Source of the DNA: Felis catus | Taxonomy: Eukaryota | Direction: 5' to 3' | Assembly (NCBI RefSeq): GCF_018350175.1 | Contig: NC_058368.1 | Coordinates: 119,290,001-119,354,000 of the forward strand | DNA length: 64,000 nucleotides | Part shown: piece by piece, positions 1 to 12,560 of the stretch | Layout: every line of letters starts with the position of its first letter | How positions within the stretch are numbered: the stretch's first letter is position 1 | Position numbers and translations under genes: made by a program | The notes under the pieces: generated by a model | Databases searched by the model: none | What the model saw: the letters and a program-made list of their open reading frames with translations, nothing else | Told to the model about the DNA's origin: nothing

Positions 1-379
1 AGATATTTAAATCCAATGAAAGTATCTAATTATTGTCTAGGTTTACCAAAGTGTCATTGGAAAAAGCAGTACTGACATTTTCTTTTATTCTTTCCTCATT
101 TTTTTCCCCTTAAATTAAAACTTAGTGCAAAAAAAGCCTCTGGCTGGGCTCTGAAAAACACTATTCATTTTTCCCCCTGACCTGATTAGTCCGAATGTCT
201 TTCGAACTATTCGTTTTCAATTTGCACCACTGCCAGAGAGAAAGGCCCTCAAATTAATGGTTGCATTGATTGTTTATGCCTCCAGAGGAACATTAAAAAT
301 TTTCAGCAATGCTCAAAGAAATGCTGATCTTCTGAAAGGATTTTATTTAATGGATTTTTTTAAAAATTAAGAGTTTTGG

Positions 380-2480
380 GAACTTGCCAAAAGTGTGTTT
401 AAAATTCCACTTACAAGGTTGGCTGCCTAGTGAGTTGGAATGGTGAAGGCTTTGTCATTTCTTAGAATAAACAGCTTCAACCTTGGATTCTGGGATCCTT
501 GGACCCACTAGTAGAGGGGTCTTGATAGAACTGCAATTCTGGCTCAAATGTAGGGCCCATTTACCACCCTGGCTTCCCCTTAATAACAAATGCTACCCCA
601 CATCACTTCCCTAAGTGCCCTTCCTGGGTGGTTTCTCCTCTTTGCCTTGGCTTCTGGAAGTTACACTTAAGAAAAACTCAAAAGGTTTGGACAAACATTG
701 GCCTGTTCGTTTGGCAAAGCAGGGATGGGAATTTGTGCAGAGTTTTTCTTAGGCAAGTTTCTCTTCACTTCCTGCCAAAGAAGTTCTCATGCTGTGTCTC
801 AAATGGAGGAAGGTGACGGATGACCACTCATTTCTTCCTACATGTACTCTAAAGAACTGCAACAGGTATTTGTAGCAGGGTAAGGACCACATTACGAGTA
901 AGCTCACTTTCATTATTGGTCTCCCATGTTTATACTGGCCAATACAATGACAGCCTATTCATGATAGCAGCACACACAAAATCAAAGCTCACTAAGGACT
1001 AACGAACAAAGTTCAGGGATAAGAAGTAGAAATACTTTCTTCTTTTTATTGGGGTTTGAGGGCTATGGTTTATGCCATGGTAAATGAGGTATCATTAGAT
1101 ACTGAAGTAGTTCCCATTATTTTAAGTGATACTAAATGCTCATCTTTCTCAATCCCATCTCATGTCCAAAACTTTCTTATGGGTGTCTGAACCAAGCAGT
1201 CATACTCTCAAATGCCCACATGCCTCTTTGGAAATGCTTTGACCTGGCTTGACACACAAGAGAGGGGTCTGTCCTAAATGACAGCTTATTTGAGCGAGTT
1301 ATAGTGATATAAACAGGCCTGGTTGAAACCAAGAGCTTGTGGAATGCTAAACTAGAAAAGGAAAGGTCAAACTGTTTGAGACTTGGTATCAGACCTGCTG
1401 GTGGCTGGTCAACACAGTCAGAATTGTCTCACAAAACTGCCAGCTGGAAAACCAAACACGGTGCAGAGTCCTGGGCCCCTGCACTCATCATCTGAAAAAC
1501 CCACAACTGTAACTATGACCCACAACTATATGCACCATGTGCTCCATATGAATTATGATGGGATTCTGCCAATTTTTTCCCTCCCCCAAACCACTATTCA
1601 TAAATGATTGGTGTTGTTTCTTCAACCGTTGTTCTGACCATGTGGTATTAATATTCATAGGGACCTGGTAACTTCCAACACAACCAAACATTCTGAGATT
1701 CGTTGTCTAAGTCTTTTGCCAGCTGCACCAGTATGATGGACCTGTTGTTTACTAGACTCTACCTGAGGTCATCTCCCACTCTTGGTTCACCTCTCCAGCT
1801 TTGGAGTTTGTTGCCCTATTTATGCAATGCATGGAATGTTTTCCTGTGTCTTGATTACATCACATTGTTCAGGTCCTTTTAAAATCTTAACAAGCTACTG
1901 CATGAAGCTTTCCTGGAATCACTGATTGCATTTTTCAGGCCACAGATAATATCCTCTGGTTCATTTTCCTGGGCAATGCACTCGTAAAGACTGATTTTAT
2001 TACCTGGTACGACACATCTCCTGTTACCCTGAAAGCCCTTGAAAACAGTTCTTAATAAATACTTAAGATGCCTGCTAGGTCATCAAACTGGGTTGGGGTA
2101 GACTATGTAAAAAGTAGTAGATTGTGTGAGCAGTTTCCCCTGGTAAGAAGGTTATTTTATTACTGGCATGGTTTACAATTACAGGTACATGATAAAAATA
2201 AAAAGCAGACCAATTTTCAGTTGGTTTTACTATTGTTTAAATTCTCTACTGACATTGACATCGGAAGACTGTTCCCACTCCATCTTTGTACACCATCGTC
2301 CAAAGCGACTCCAAAATCACCAACTTCTATTTGAAACCAAAGCAATTCTGCAAGACCCTCCTTAATACAGCACTTATTTTACCCAGTAACAGAGATTTCA
2401 AACACCATGTACATAGCCAATTACCAAGTCATTCTCACGTGGATTTAAGATTGCAAGAAACACTTGCATTGACTTTCATG
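380..2480 (-). mobile_element. Ancient RTE-clade LINE relic, copy 2 (AP-endonuclease plus start of RT; may run toward or past the window start), interrupted by an L2-like piece at ~1780-2065
   Basis: Minus-strand frameshifted translations, in order: NDLVIGYVHGV*NL (~2436-2392; cf. LxIGTWNVRTL), AELLWFQIEVGDF...QRWSGNS (~2351-2267), FMNSGLGEGKNWQNP (~1604-1560; cf. DFNARVG), VFQLA (~1452-1438), FVIKGKPG (~590-567; cf. LYKxKGD). Short nucleotide blocks are colinear with copy 1. By-eye alignment only. Confidence 0.5.
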
Positions 2481-3936
2481 CTCTAGCTTTTTCTTCCTGT
2501 GTTAATACAAATGAAATAAAGAAACTAACTACATTTCTTAGTCTATAAAATCTCAAACTTACCCTTATATGGTAGTTTTATCTCCACTGTACCCAGCTGA
2601 ATCTCTTTTAGAGTCTCCCTTCATTTAGGTCAAATAATTCTTAACAAATGACCAAGCTGACTGAAAGATTATTTTGTCTCTGGGGACTTTCATGAGATCC
2701 AGAGCTCCCATATACAAAATCATGTCCAGTAGTTTACCTTCTCATCACTTGCAATAACTCTTTCAGGGTTGTTCTTCCCTGGTGTACTAGTTACAGACAT
2801 GTAAAGAGCATAGAAGTGTGTGCAGAGATGGAACATGTCAGGACTTTAGGGCCAGACCTGGATGATACACACCATTTGTGGTCACCCTCTATAGCACTCA
2901 TGGGTGAAAATCAGGAACACTCCACACCCAGTAGCAAAGGAGACTGAGGAAGGTTTGGCCAGGAAGAATATGAAAGGGATGTTGGGGCCAATTATGATCT
3001 CTACCTTATGACCAGATGGTAAGAGCCATGACCTCAAGGTATGCTCAGTCCTGTCACTACCAAACCTCTTGTGCTTGATACAATGACTCATACATCATAG
3101 AATCTTAGTAAATATTTGTCGACTGGATGTATGATAAGTATTGTGTGAATAACAAGGAAAGGACTGAACCTAGAATAAAATTCAAACACTTTAAGTCTTA
3201 CCTCTAATAGATGGGTTCATCCACTAAAAATCTAAGAAGCAGCTCAGCTGATCCCATGAATGCTGATGAAACTTTATCATTTGGTTGAGATGTTTAAAAA
3301 CCAAGGACCACTTATACCAATTCACTTAAAAATTGTTCAGTTTTAAGCTTCTAAATAATTTACACGTGCATACATATTTGACTACATAAGCTGTTTGCTG
3401 AATAAATGTCAAGAAAAAACATTGGTTTCACGTGGTTTTCAGAGACCAAAGGGAGGGCATGTAAACATTTACAATGAACAAACACAGCCTCAATTCAGTG
3501 TCTTGGTACAAGGGGCTTTGGAATAAATGGGAAAAACAATTCTCTGTGTTTTAAGTTTCCCTTGAAGGACCTTACTATTGCATGCCATCCAGAAAGCCTA
3601 GCAACCAATTTATAAGCTCTCATAAATCAATCTTTGCTGGGTAGTAGCCCACTTTGTGTTCTAATTGTAAGCATTTCTACTTCTACCAGAAAGGAATACC
3701 AATGTAGAAGCTCTGGAGATGTGGCTAATTCTTGCAGGTACAATAGGAGAAAATGATGACTAATGGGCTACATTCTCAAGATCACAAGAGAACTGTAGAT
3801 TAACAAGTAAAAAGAATAATTATCCCCCAATCATAGACATTAGAAAACCAGGATACTGCAGAGATGAATTGCTCCAGCATGCCAAAGAAACTAATGAAGT
3901 CATTCCCCCATCTATGCTTCAAGATAAAGATACAAC

Positions 3937-4021
3937 GCACGCGCACACACACACACATACACACACACACACACACACACGCAAACACGCAAACACGCAC
4001 ACATGCACACACGCACACACA
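3937..4021. repeat. Imperfect (CA)n/(CG) microsatellite
   Basis: Directly visible cacacaca tract with interruptions. Confidence 0.95.
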
Positions 4022-4448
4022 TTTTAAGAAAAATGAAACAGCAGGTCGCTGTTACTTATGATTGTGTTCTTTTTTCTCTAATGGACTGATGATATGTTAT
4101 AAAGGGTTATATAGATAAGTCATCCCACGTCAAATCACTGCTTGAATAAAATATTTCTATCCCATTTAACCAGATACTACAGAATAAAACATAAAATCAA
4201 CAGGCACTAAAAATGAAGACGAAATAAAAAAAGAAAGAAACCACAATGGTCCTCCACTTAACCTGCAGAACGTGCCTGATTCTCTTCCATGACCAGTTTC
4301 AAACGATTTCATCTCCACTTTGATGTTGGACATCTAGATGACCAAATTTCTAGTTTTAGGTTATGGGACTGCTTATCTTGGAGTTTATAGTTTAAGATCT
4401 ATAAAAATGAGGAATATAACATAACAACATCAGGACTGAAACACTGCT

Positions 4449-4622
4449 TAGTGATTATCTGGCTTTAGGGTACATCAGAGTCACCAGCACAGTTCATTAA
4501 AATGTAGGTTGGAGGTTTTGATTTAGTGGATCTGGAGTGGAGTCTGGAAATTTGTATTTTTTTTACAAGTTGCCAGGTGATGCTGATGTGGCTGTCCCAG
4601 GGGCCACACTTTGAGAACCAAT
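4449..4622 (-). mobile_element. MER5A-like hAT-Charlie MITE
   Basis: ccaggtgatgctgatg...ggccacactttgagaacca is the reverse complement of the MER5A start; ~175 bp. Confidence 0.8.
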
Positions 4623-4899
4623 ATATTAAGTTAATCAAATACCTGATTGGAGATCCTTCATATGTCTGGAATACAGAATAGATTTCTGCCCTTAAAAGGA
4701 CAGTTTTGCCCAAACCATAGATACTTTCATACCAGCACTCATTGTATCTACCTTTATTTAAAATTCCTTTTTGGGGTATATTTAAGGATTTTCTTTTAAT
4801 GTAATGAAATGCTAGTATAAATAACAGTAATTTGTAAGAGTGTTCGCAACATACAATTGAAAAACAAGTGAAACTGAATATTTAATAGCTTTCAAATAC

Positions 4900-7800
4900 A
4901 AATATTTATAAGAATAGTAAAAACCAAGTAAAATAAAGGTCAGGCAGGCACAGTGACTCTGAAGTTCTTAACAGGTATGATGGCTATTCTGTCAGTAGAG
5001 TTGACAAGCTCAGAGTCAAAAGTCTCCAATGACTTTGTTGTGCTTGTGTGTGTTTTAGGGGTCTCTACGTCCAACAATAGAGTCACATCTCTTGAGGCCT
5101 GTTTTTTTGCAGGATTCAAACTGCAATTTGATTTGATGGATCTCATGACAATGTATCAACTGGCCTTCTGGATGACTGTTCTCCACCTCAAGAGTCCACC
5201 AGCATGGCCTCTTGGAAAGTCTTCCACTGCTCCTTCGGAACTGATAATAGGTTGGTGGAGTAGAAGACCAGGGTGCAAACTCACTTCCAGTTACCAAAAG
5301 CAGTGTGACTTGATCACTCTGAAGTCAATGTTTCTGACTGTCAAATGGAGCTTTTTCTACCCCTTGCAATGATGGAATGGAGTATGATACACGAAGGTGC
5401 CTGGAATGTTTAGGCCCCTGGAAAACAGGACCTGAGACCCAGTAGGCCCATCAGTCAATTTTTCTAATCCTTTTTTTTTTTCTGTATAGGAAAACTTTTG
5501 AAATGGTAACAAAATCGACTCTAGATTAAGCAAACTTCAGAGGGCACATTACTGGGACCCAGGTGAGCCTGCAGGCTAATAATTTTGACACGAGTTCACA
5601 ACCTTGCTCTGCTTCTCACTGGCAGTGTGACCTTCATAAGGTTAGCTCAAAGTCCCTGATTTTCAGGTTTGTTTCTTTCTTACAGAGTTGTTGTGAGCAT
5701 GAAATAATTATGTATTAAGCATTAAACACAATAACACATGGTAAATATTCCATAAATGCTAGCTACTTCCACTGATAACATTTTGCACATAATTTCAGGG
5801 TATTCATGGATTTCTTTGAAGTCTATCTACAGATATGTTCACACTTGGGTCCCCTGGATACTGATGATTTATGATATGAGGTATTTTCCATGTATAATGC
5901 TGTTAATCCATCACTTGGTGGTTTGCTTTACAATGTATCTTTTTCTTCTGTCCTCAGATGATGGGTTCATGGACTTTGCAATGTTTTTTTTGACCTACTG
6001 AATGGAAAGCTCCAATGCAGCCTAGAAGCCTCTGAGTCTTGCAGATATGTTCAAACTCAGCCTGGACTCTGGTGACATGGCCTGCAGTGGTGCCTGTCTT
6101 TTCCTAGGAGTCCCTGAGGCATCCTCATTTTTCCTTCTTACTCCTCTCTGGCCTCTGCTGGCCCTTGCACACTGCTGCATTTGTGCTCTGTGACAGCCAT
6201 GCATAGAACTCAGCCTGTTGACTGGTTTTCACAAGAAATCTGCACTGGGACTCTGGTGAAGAGTCCCATTGTCGAAGGCAAAATTTCACCTTCTTGACTG
6301 CTCCATTCTCCCTCCCCTCTTGCTCTCCAGCATACCAAAGAATCTCCTGCCTGGCTTCATTCATACACAGTCCTCAGCCATATCTACACCTGCCTTCTTT
6401 TACACCACTCTGGATTGAAAACATGCTTCAACTGGAAAAATCTGTGACAAAGTACGGTAAAGAAAGTTCATCTTTCTTTCCTTTTCTTGAGCTTTGTTTT
6501 GTAAGCATGTAGTTCTCTCTAACTTGCATACGGCTAGAATTAGAAATAGACATAGTTTTTCCCCTTGACTGGTTTTGAGATCAAAGACAAATGGGCAATC
6601 TCCCAAGATCTGGATGAAGTTTTCACACATCTTAAACCACACTCTGTATTATGCAAGCCTTTTGCACAGACAGGTGTGAATGTGGTGAAGGGGAACCGTA
6701 CCACAAACTGTAAAGGAGAGCAGTAAGATGAACACTGATTGAGATGACAAAACACAGGCATTACATTACAGATTCCACACCAGCTCTCCAGACCCTGTGT
6801 TTGCTGTAATGTGAATACATCACCAAGAAAAGCCCTTCCCTTGCCTCTCATGATGACTTGAGCCCCCCAAACCATGCCGTTTGGGCAGGATTGACACTTT
6901 ACACATCACTCAGCTGAGCTTCTTAAAGGAACATGGGAAAAACCATAATGCACCTGTCATTTTAACATTGGGAATTCAGTCAAACCGCAATGCCCAGTGA
7001 TAAATCTAGAATGTGAGTCAAGGATGCTGATGTGCTCATCTTTCTGTCCCTAGCACCAGGCATCTTTCTATCCAATCTGAAAGAGATTAATCAACTTCAC
7101 AATTCCCTTTTCAGAAATAATTTACAAGGGTTTGGGAAAGAGCCTGTTTGATTCAGAATAGAAACGTTCATGCGGGTTTCTCTATTTCTTCAGAAGCTCT
7201 CTTCATGGAATTCTAGGAGAGATTAGGATTGATCCTTAGGGATGGCAGCAAGGTGCCAACTGAAAGGGTCACCCAAATGGCACTGCAATATGAAGACAAT
7301 TCTGCTTTCCTGGGTTTCTCTCCGGGAGTCAGGAGTCTACTGCATAAATTTGGAATTTTATTCTAAGGGCTGCTTGGGGATGAGGCGTAGGATTTCCAAG
7401 GGACATGTATAGTCACATTAGGTGATTGACGAATGGCCTTCTAAAAGATTTGGTCCCATTTCTCTGTGGGGTCGCACTTTTGCAGTAGAGAGAGGGCAAG
7501 TATGGGGATCATTTGGAATACTAGTGGTGAGACTGAGTGCAGCCACCAAGGTCTTTTTTCCCTGCCCAGTCTCCATGCAGTTTTCTGCCTCTCTGATGAA
7601 TGAATGCTGAACAGATACTTAGAGAATCTGTATTTAAATTCATGCTAATCATCAGTCCTTCAGTGGGGACCCTTATGAATCTGGGCTGTGCACGGGAGCC
7701 CTCTGTGTATGCCAGCCAGCTACCAGCAGAGGTTCCGCGTTGCACTGAAGGAATTACTCCCATGAATTCATTCCTTTGGAGGGAGGCTGATCGATGAAAA

Positions 7801-7950
7801 GTTCAAGAGTTACAACAGCCTCAATGATTTAGGTTTATCATTTTCAAGTTCCCACTGACAGGAACTGGTTGGGGGGGTTACAGGAAGGAGGGGAAAGGGT
7901 GGAGAAGCCACATGCCTTAGACAACCCAGCAAATGTCTTAATAAATAGAT
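4900..7950 (-). mobile_element. Ancient RTE-clade LINE relic, copy 1 (near full-length EN-RT ORF, dead), interrupted by a MIR
   Basis: Minus-strand motifs in canonical order: TEGLMISMNLNTDSLSICSAF (~7664-7602), STAKVRPHREMGPNLLEGH (~7489-7433), FQLA (~7265-7254), VFTLQQTQGLESWCG (~6818-6774), LHNTECGLR (~6656-6630; cf. LPESQCGFR), QEKERKMNFLY (~6489-6457; cf. QEKCREQxxPLY), NGAVKKVKFCL (~6307-6275; cf. NGVKQGCVL), YPGDPSVNISVD (~5860-5825; cf. YLGSxxSxNxSID), RRSSGRLSK / GEQSSRRP / MRSIKSNCSLNP (~5236-5111). Confidence 0.65.
5590..5768 (+). mobile_element. MIR inserted in the RTE relic
   Basis: gtgtgaccttc...cagagttgttgtgagcatgaaataa...acacatggtaaatattccataaatgctagcta, matching MIR core and 3' end. 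Confidence 0.7.
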
Positions 7951-8249
7951 AAGAATCTGGTTCACTTAGCATTTTCAATATTAGAAAGCAAGTAGGACCA
8001 AAGCGGGGGCTAAGAACTGCATGTTCTTCCCTACTAAGAGAAAAGAGATGCCACAAACTGATGTGTGCTCAACCTTCATGACTGGTGCAGGAGATCATTA
8101 ACATTAGGTTGGGCATCGGCTCAGAGAAGGCTATAAATGATTCAGCTGGTAAACATCAAAGGAAAATTGATTTCTCCTCAAGTGCCCTCTACAATATTAT
8201 TTCATTTGTCTCTAAAAGGTTAGATCGATTTTAATAACATCCCACTGTC

Positions 8250-8520
8250 TTGTGAATTCCTATTCATCCTTCAAAACCCACTCAGACACCAGTATCACAG
8301 ACCAAAAAAGGTATACCCCAATCTCCTCCTGTTTAGGGCATCAATATGCATTTTCCATATGTATGTACTGTTACTCTCACTATACTGAATTTTCAGGTGT
8401 TCATTTGCAGGACTGTCTCTCCTACTGGGTAGGAGTTCCTTGAGTCCAGACATTGGTGTCATTTATCTCTGGGTACTTATTTTAACCTATAGTTTGGCAC
8501 TGTATATGGTCTATACCTAC
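8250..8520 (+). mobile_element. L2 3' fragment
   Basis: gaattcctattcatccttcaaaaccc...tgtctctcctactgg...gagttccttgag...tggcac, typical of the L2 3' end. Confidence 0.55.
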
Positions 8521-9450
8521 TTAAGGGACACATTTATCATAAGTACAGTATTTATTCTGTAACTTCTGGTGGCCATGCAGAAACATCCTGGTGTCCTTTC
8601 TGGCTGCGGGTCATGGGCTAGTTACTCTAATCTAATTAAATTATTTCATGAATTAGATCATTGAATTTAAATAATTCTCTTGAGGCTGGAGAACTTGCTA
8701 AATGATCCAGCCATCTTTTATAAGTTTGTGATACACTTATTAGGTATGAAACCTGACCCACACAAGGCTGTTTATAGTTTTAATTATCCCATTTACTATG
8801 AATAGTCACATAGCACGTTACAAAGTATTAGTGCATTTATTGTATATGCCCCTTTCTAAAATAAGAAAAACTCAAAATTCCCTATTACATCTTGCCTCAA
8901 GGATTTCAGAAAAGGTACTCGGGACTTGTACAGTATGATCTCATCACGAGAACCCATATCATAGAGTAAGTGTCCTGGTTGATGCTTACTTCAGCAAAGC
9001 AACATCAACTACCATGTTAAATGGGTGTTAGTCACTTGGTTTTTATTGTTTGTGTTACTTTGTTTGTATTTAATTGTCAATGTATTTGGGATATAAATGT
9101 GGCAGAAGCTCTATACATTTTGCTGTTAATTTATAATTTTATGTTGATAATAGTTCAATGGTAATAAAAGCAACCTAAGTAAATAGAAAAAAATTAGATA
9201 AATGAATAAAAGAATTGCAGAGCCAAAATTAACTTAAAAAAAAAACAAACCTTACTTGGTCCTGGGGGACAGCATAAGTGATTTTGTGTCTGATTATACA
9301 CAGAGATGTATATATAGCACTAGTTGTATACGTAAATATACAACATGTGCTGTTATATTGATGGACACTGCACACATTTGGATTAGTCTTCCTCCTACTT
9401 ATACAGAGTCACAGAAATAAGTGATTCTTTCCCTCAACATGTCCTTTCTC

Positions 9451-9523
9451 TCCTTGTGCAGGGGTGATGCTAATCTTCTCTGTATCGTTCCAATGTTAGC
9501 ATATGTGCTGCTGAAGTAGGCAC
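9451..9523 (-). pseudogene. RNU6: 3'-truncated U6 snRNA retrocopy (U6 nt 1-73) with ~16-bp TSD
   Basis: Reverse complement GTGCCTACTTCAGCAGCACATATGCTAACATTGGAACGATACAGAGAAGATTAGCATCACCCCTGCACAAGGA is 64/73 identical to U6; flanked by caacatgtcctttctc (9435-9450) and caacttgtcctttttc (9525-9540). Confidence 0.95.
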
Positions 9524-9615
9524 ACAACTTGTCCTTTTTCTGATTCCACCCTCCCTCCCCCACCGCCTCAGTGACCGCATGCAAACAGAAGTTCCAGCAG
9601 AACTAACGTGATCAG

Positions 9616-9635
9616 CCCCCCCCCCCCCCCCCCCC
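9616..9635. repeat. C20 homopolymer (G20 on minus strand)
   Basis: Directly visible. Confidence 0.95.
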
Positions 9636-9799
9636 GCCATGTGGAATGAAGGTAGAACCACAATGGGAACACTTGCATGTTTACTCTCAGCCACAAGGAT
9701 GGAAATTTAACAATACCTGTGATGTTTGTTTCAGACAGTAGTTACACACAGGGCCCAGAGAGATTGAATAAATAGATGAGGTGGGCAGGCTGTAAAAAA

Positions 9800-10135
9800 G
9801 AAAATCATGCAGGATGATAAGGAACAGCTAATTGAAACTCTTCAGTATCAGAGTGAAAACAGGCAGGGGTGGGAGACTCTGATGTGAAAGTAGGCAGTCA
9901 GGGGACTTTGAACTTCAACACCAGCTAGTTGTCACTATAATTTGGGATTATAAATCCAATTTGCTAGATCTTTTTTTTTTTTTTAAGGTGGGTGGTGGGG
10001 AGAAAACCAGGGTTCTGTGTGCATTCTCCTGAGTTTTTATATTGGCAACTAATTCCATGAAAAACATACAGTGGATCAAATAAAATACATCTGTGGGCCA
10101 GATTTGGTCTTTAGCCCATCACTTTGCATCCTGTG
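9800..10135 (-). mobile_element. MER102-like hAT-Charlie relic
   Basis: ttggcaactaatt...catctgtgggccagatttgg...tttgcatcctgtg resembles the reverse complement of the MER102 5' end. Confidence 0.55.
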
Positions 10136-10651
10136 ACTTAGAATCTGATGGCATCATTAGCATTCTGAACAAACTTGTCACACATGGTCCCTTATTTCTA
10201 ACCCTGGATAAAAGGAGACGGAAACTTTTCTTGTGGTAAATCATATTATTTTCATCTGAGGTGACAGCCTTGGCTGTGGCCCAAGGGTTCACTTCTGGAA
10301 AAGAGAAATATCTCTCTGTCCTTGTTTATGGCTAATTGTATTAAAAATTATACTGGATTGAAGACACTGAAATAGATACTCAAAGACCAGCCTTACAGCC
10401 TTATAGACTTTTCCTTTCAAAGTGAAACTTAAATTGAAATTCATCCTTTTTCTATTCCTTAATTCAGACTTCTGAGAGTCTCTACAAGGTGCTGAGTGTC
10501 CATTGTTGAAGGGTCATTGGCTCAAAAGAACCTGTGAAATCAATCTGTTCCGTAAACAATTGACAAAAGCTTTATGACACAATGTTTTCTGGGAGCAAAA
10601 TTATTTGGCAACATATTTGCAAAGCTGTAAAGGAGATAATTTTCACATTTC

Positions 10652-10853
10652 TTTCTTTCTAAATGTTTATTTACTTTGAGAGGGAGAGAGAGAACACCAG
10701 CCGGGCAGGGACAGAGAGAGAGAGAATTCCAAGCAGGATCCACTCTGTCAGTGCCGAGCCTGATGCAGGCCTTGATCCTACAAACCATGAGATCATGACC
10801 TGAGCCAAAATCAAGAGTCGGACACTTAACTGACTGAGTCACCCAGGTGCCCC
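10652..10853 (-). mobile_element. Can-SINE (SINEC)
   Basis: tRNA-derived head (gggcacctgggtgactcagtcagttaag on minus), CT/GA tract, A-rich tail; TSD tttcacatttc. Confidence 0.95.
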
Positions 10854-12189
10854 ACCAATTTCACATTTCAACTGTCAGTTGTGTTCTAGTCATGTCTTCA
10901 TGAAACAATATGCACTGAGTGCCCATTATGTCCTAGATGCTATTTTAGCCACTGGGGATATAGCACAGATCAAGCAGACAAGGTCCCTGAATTGCTGTGA
11001 GGATACATCCAATACACAATCATGCATTTGATGCCAGTCCGAATAAGTATCAGAAGTATTACACAACATCAAAACCATAGACTACCCTCTCCACAAAGGA
11101 TAGAGGAAGAAATTGCAGCCATCCTGGAGAGATAGGGGAAAAAATATAGAGAAGGAAAGGAGACAGTGAAAAGGGGATACTAATGAAGATACTGAAATTA
11201 AACCACATACAGAAGCAGGGGAAACCAGGCAACTCTCTGGGTCTGTTAGTCATGGATGCCTGACACTTCATTTATATATGTCTTTCTCGGCTGGGTATTT
11301 CATGATTAGAAACTGATAAACAGAAATAGTCACTTTTGTGAAGTTGAACTTGTGGCTCACGTAGCTATATTAGGAACTGTATTTCTTAGGCAGAGCTCAA
11401 AGAAAATTCCTATTGGAATAAATAAGCTCTAAAAATGTCCAAGTAATAATCACAGTTTAATTTTAAGAGGCAAGAAGGACTGAAAATAAGAGAGCGCCAA
11501 TAGAAACAAAGATTAAAGATGGTGTCTGCTTATCAAAATGTCTCCAGCAAAGAAACTCAACGAACCTGGGTTCTAATGTGGTTTGAGGAACTGTTCATCT
11601 GCATTACTTTATCTCTTATATCATGCTTTTTCCGAATAAAACCCTTGAAAAAAAATGAGAAGTTTGGCTGAGATCACCAAATTAACACTGTCTTATAAGT
11701 CAGGTTTCTCCACCAGTGCTGGTTTCCCCAAGGCAGATTACAGTATTTGCATCAACACACTTCAGTTAAACAGTTCTTGTGTATTTGTGGAGGCAAAGTC
11801 TGAAAGTGCCAAAGCCAAGCAACTAGGCAACTTTACTTTTTTTAAGAACTGAGAAATATTTCTTCCAGCCTCAACCATACAGACGTAGATTTGACCATGG
11901 CTTTTCTTGTTCCCCTAAAACTCTATTGGCTAATGGGCAGAAATACAGATTTAAAAAATCCAAGTTTATCAAGTGTAAGAATTTTTATTTTTATGTTTAT
12001 ACATCTAATCAAATGAACAGAAATTAATAGAAGTAATTATCTAGATAATCTTATAATATTCACACACCAATTTCAATTGATAAATAATGGAGAAGGGAGT
12101 GCTTCATTTGAATTGCTGGAATAATTGAGGTAGTACATCCTCTTTTTTCAATTGGTGTAGACTCACTTTACAGAACCTAAAATAAATAG

Positions 12190-12560
12190 AGTATGTTTGG
12201 GTTTCAGGAGAAATGACAACTCCTGAACATTAAAAGATGGATTCCAACTGGTCACTCATTCACTTACTAAAATATTTATTGGACACTTAACATGGGTAGG
12301 GTGTTATATTTAACACTGAAGATACAACAATGAATAAAATGGGGTGATCCTGCCTTCCTGAAATCCTGACCGTGGGGGTTGACAGCCACCCAGAAACCAT
12401 ACGTGTGATGCAAGCTTTGAAGGAACGTTCAGGGTATAAGGGAAGGGATCCACTCCTGGAGTCAGTAGTATTGCTCGAAGCAACACTTCTGCTGAGATCT
12501 GGAGGGTATGTGGGAAGTTGATTTCAAGGGGAAAAGAAAAAAGGGAGAGAAGGGAGTGAG
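12190..12560 (-). mobile_element. L2 fragment
   Basis: cactcattcac...aatatttattggacactta...gatacaacaatgaataaaat...cctgccttcctg, reverse L2 3' end. Confidence 0.55.

Noticed and set aside
1660..1745. HTGAAGKRLRQRISEC resembling a Penelope GIY-YIG motif
   Set aside because: Key tyrosines and histidine are absent, and flanking frames fit an AP-endonuclease better.
4953..5372. 139-aa plus-strand ORF
   Set aside because: GTG start, no recognisable domain; antisense shadow of the RTE relic.
4735..5481. Apparent minus-strand terminal exon or processed pseudogene (acceptor at 5482, ~180 codons with 3 stops ending VTVPA*, AATAAA at ~4753)
   Set aside because: No host protein recognised; peptide pieces from three frames fit the RTE C-terminal region and are colinear with upstream RT motifs.
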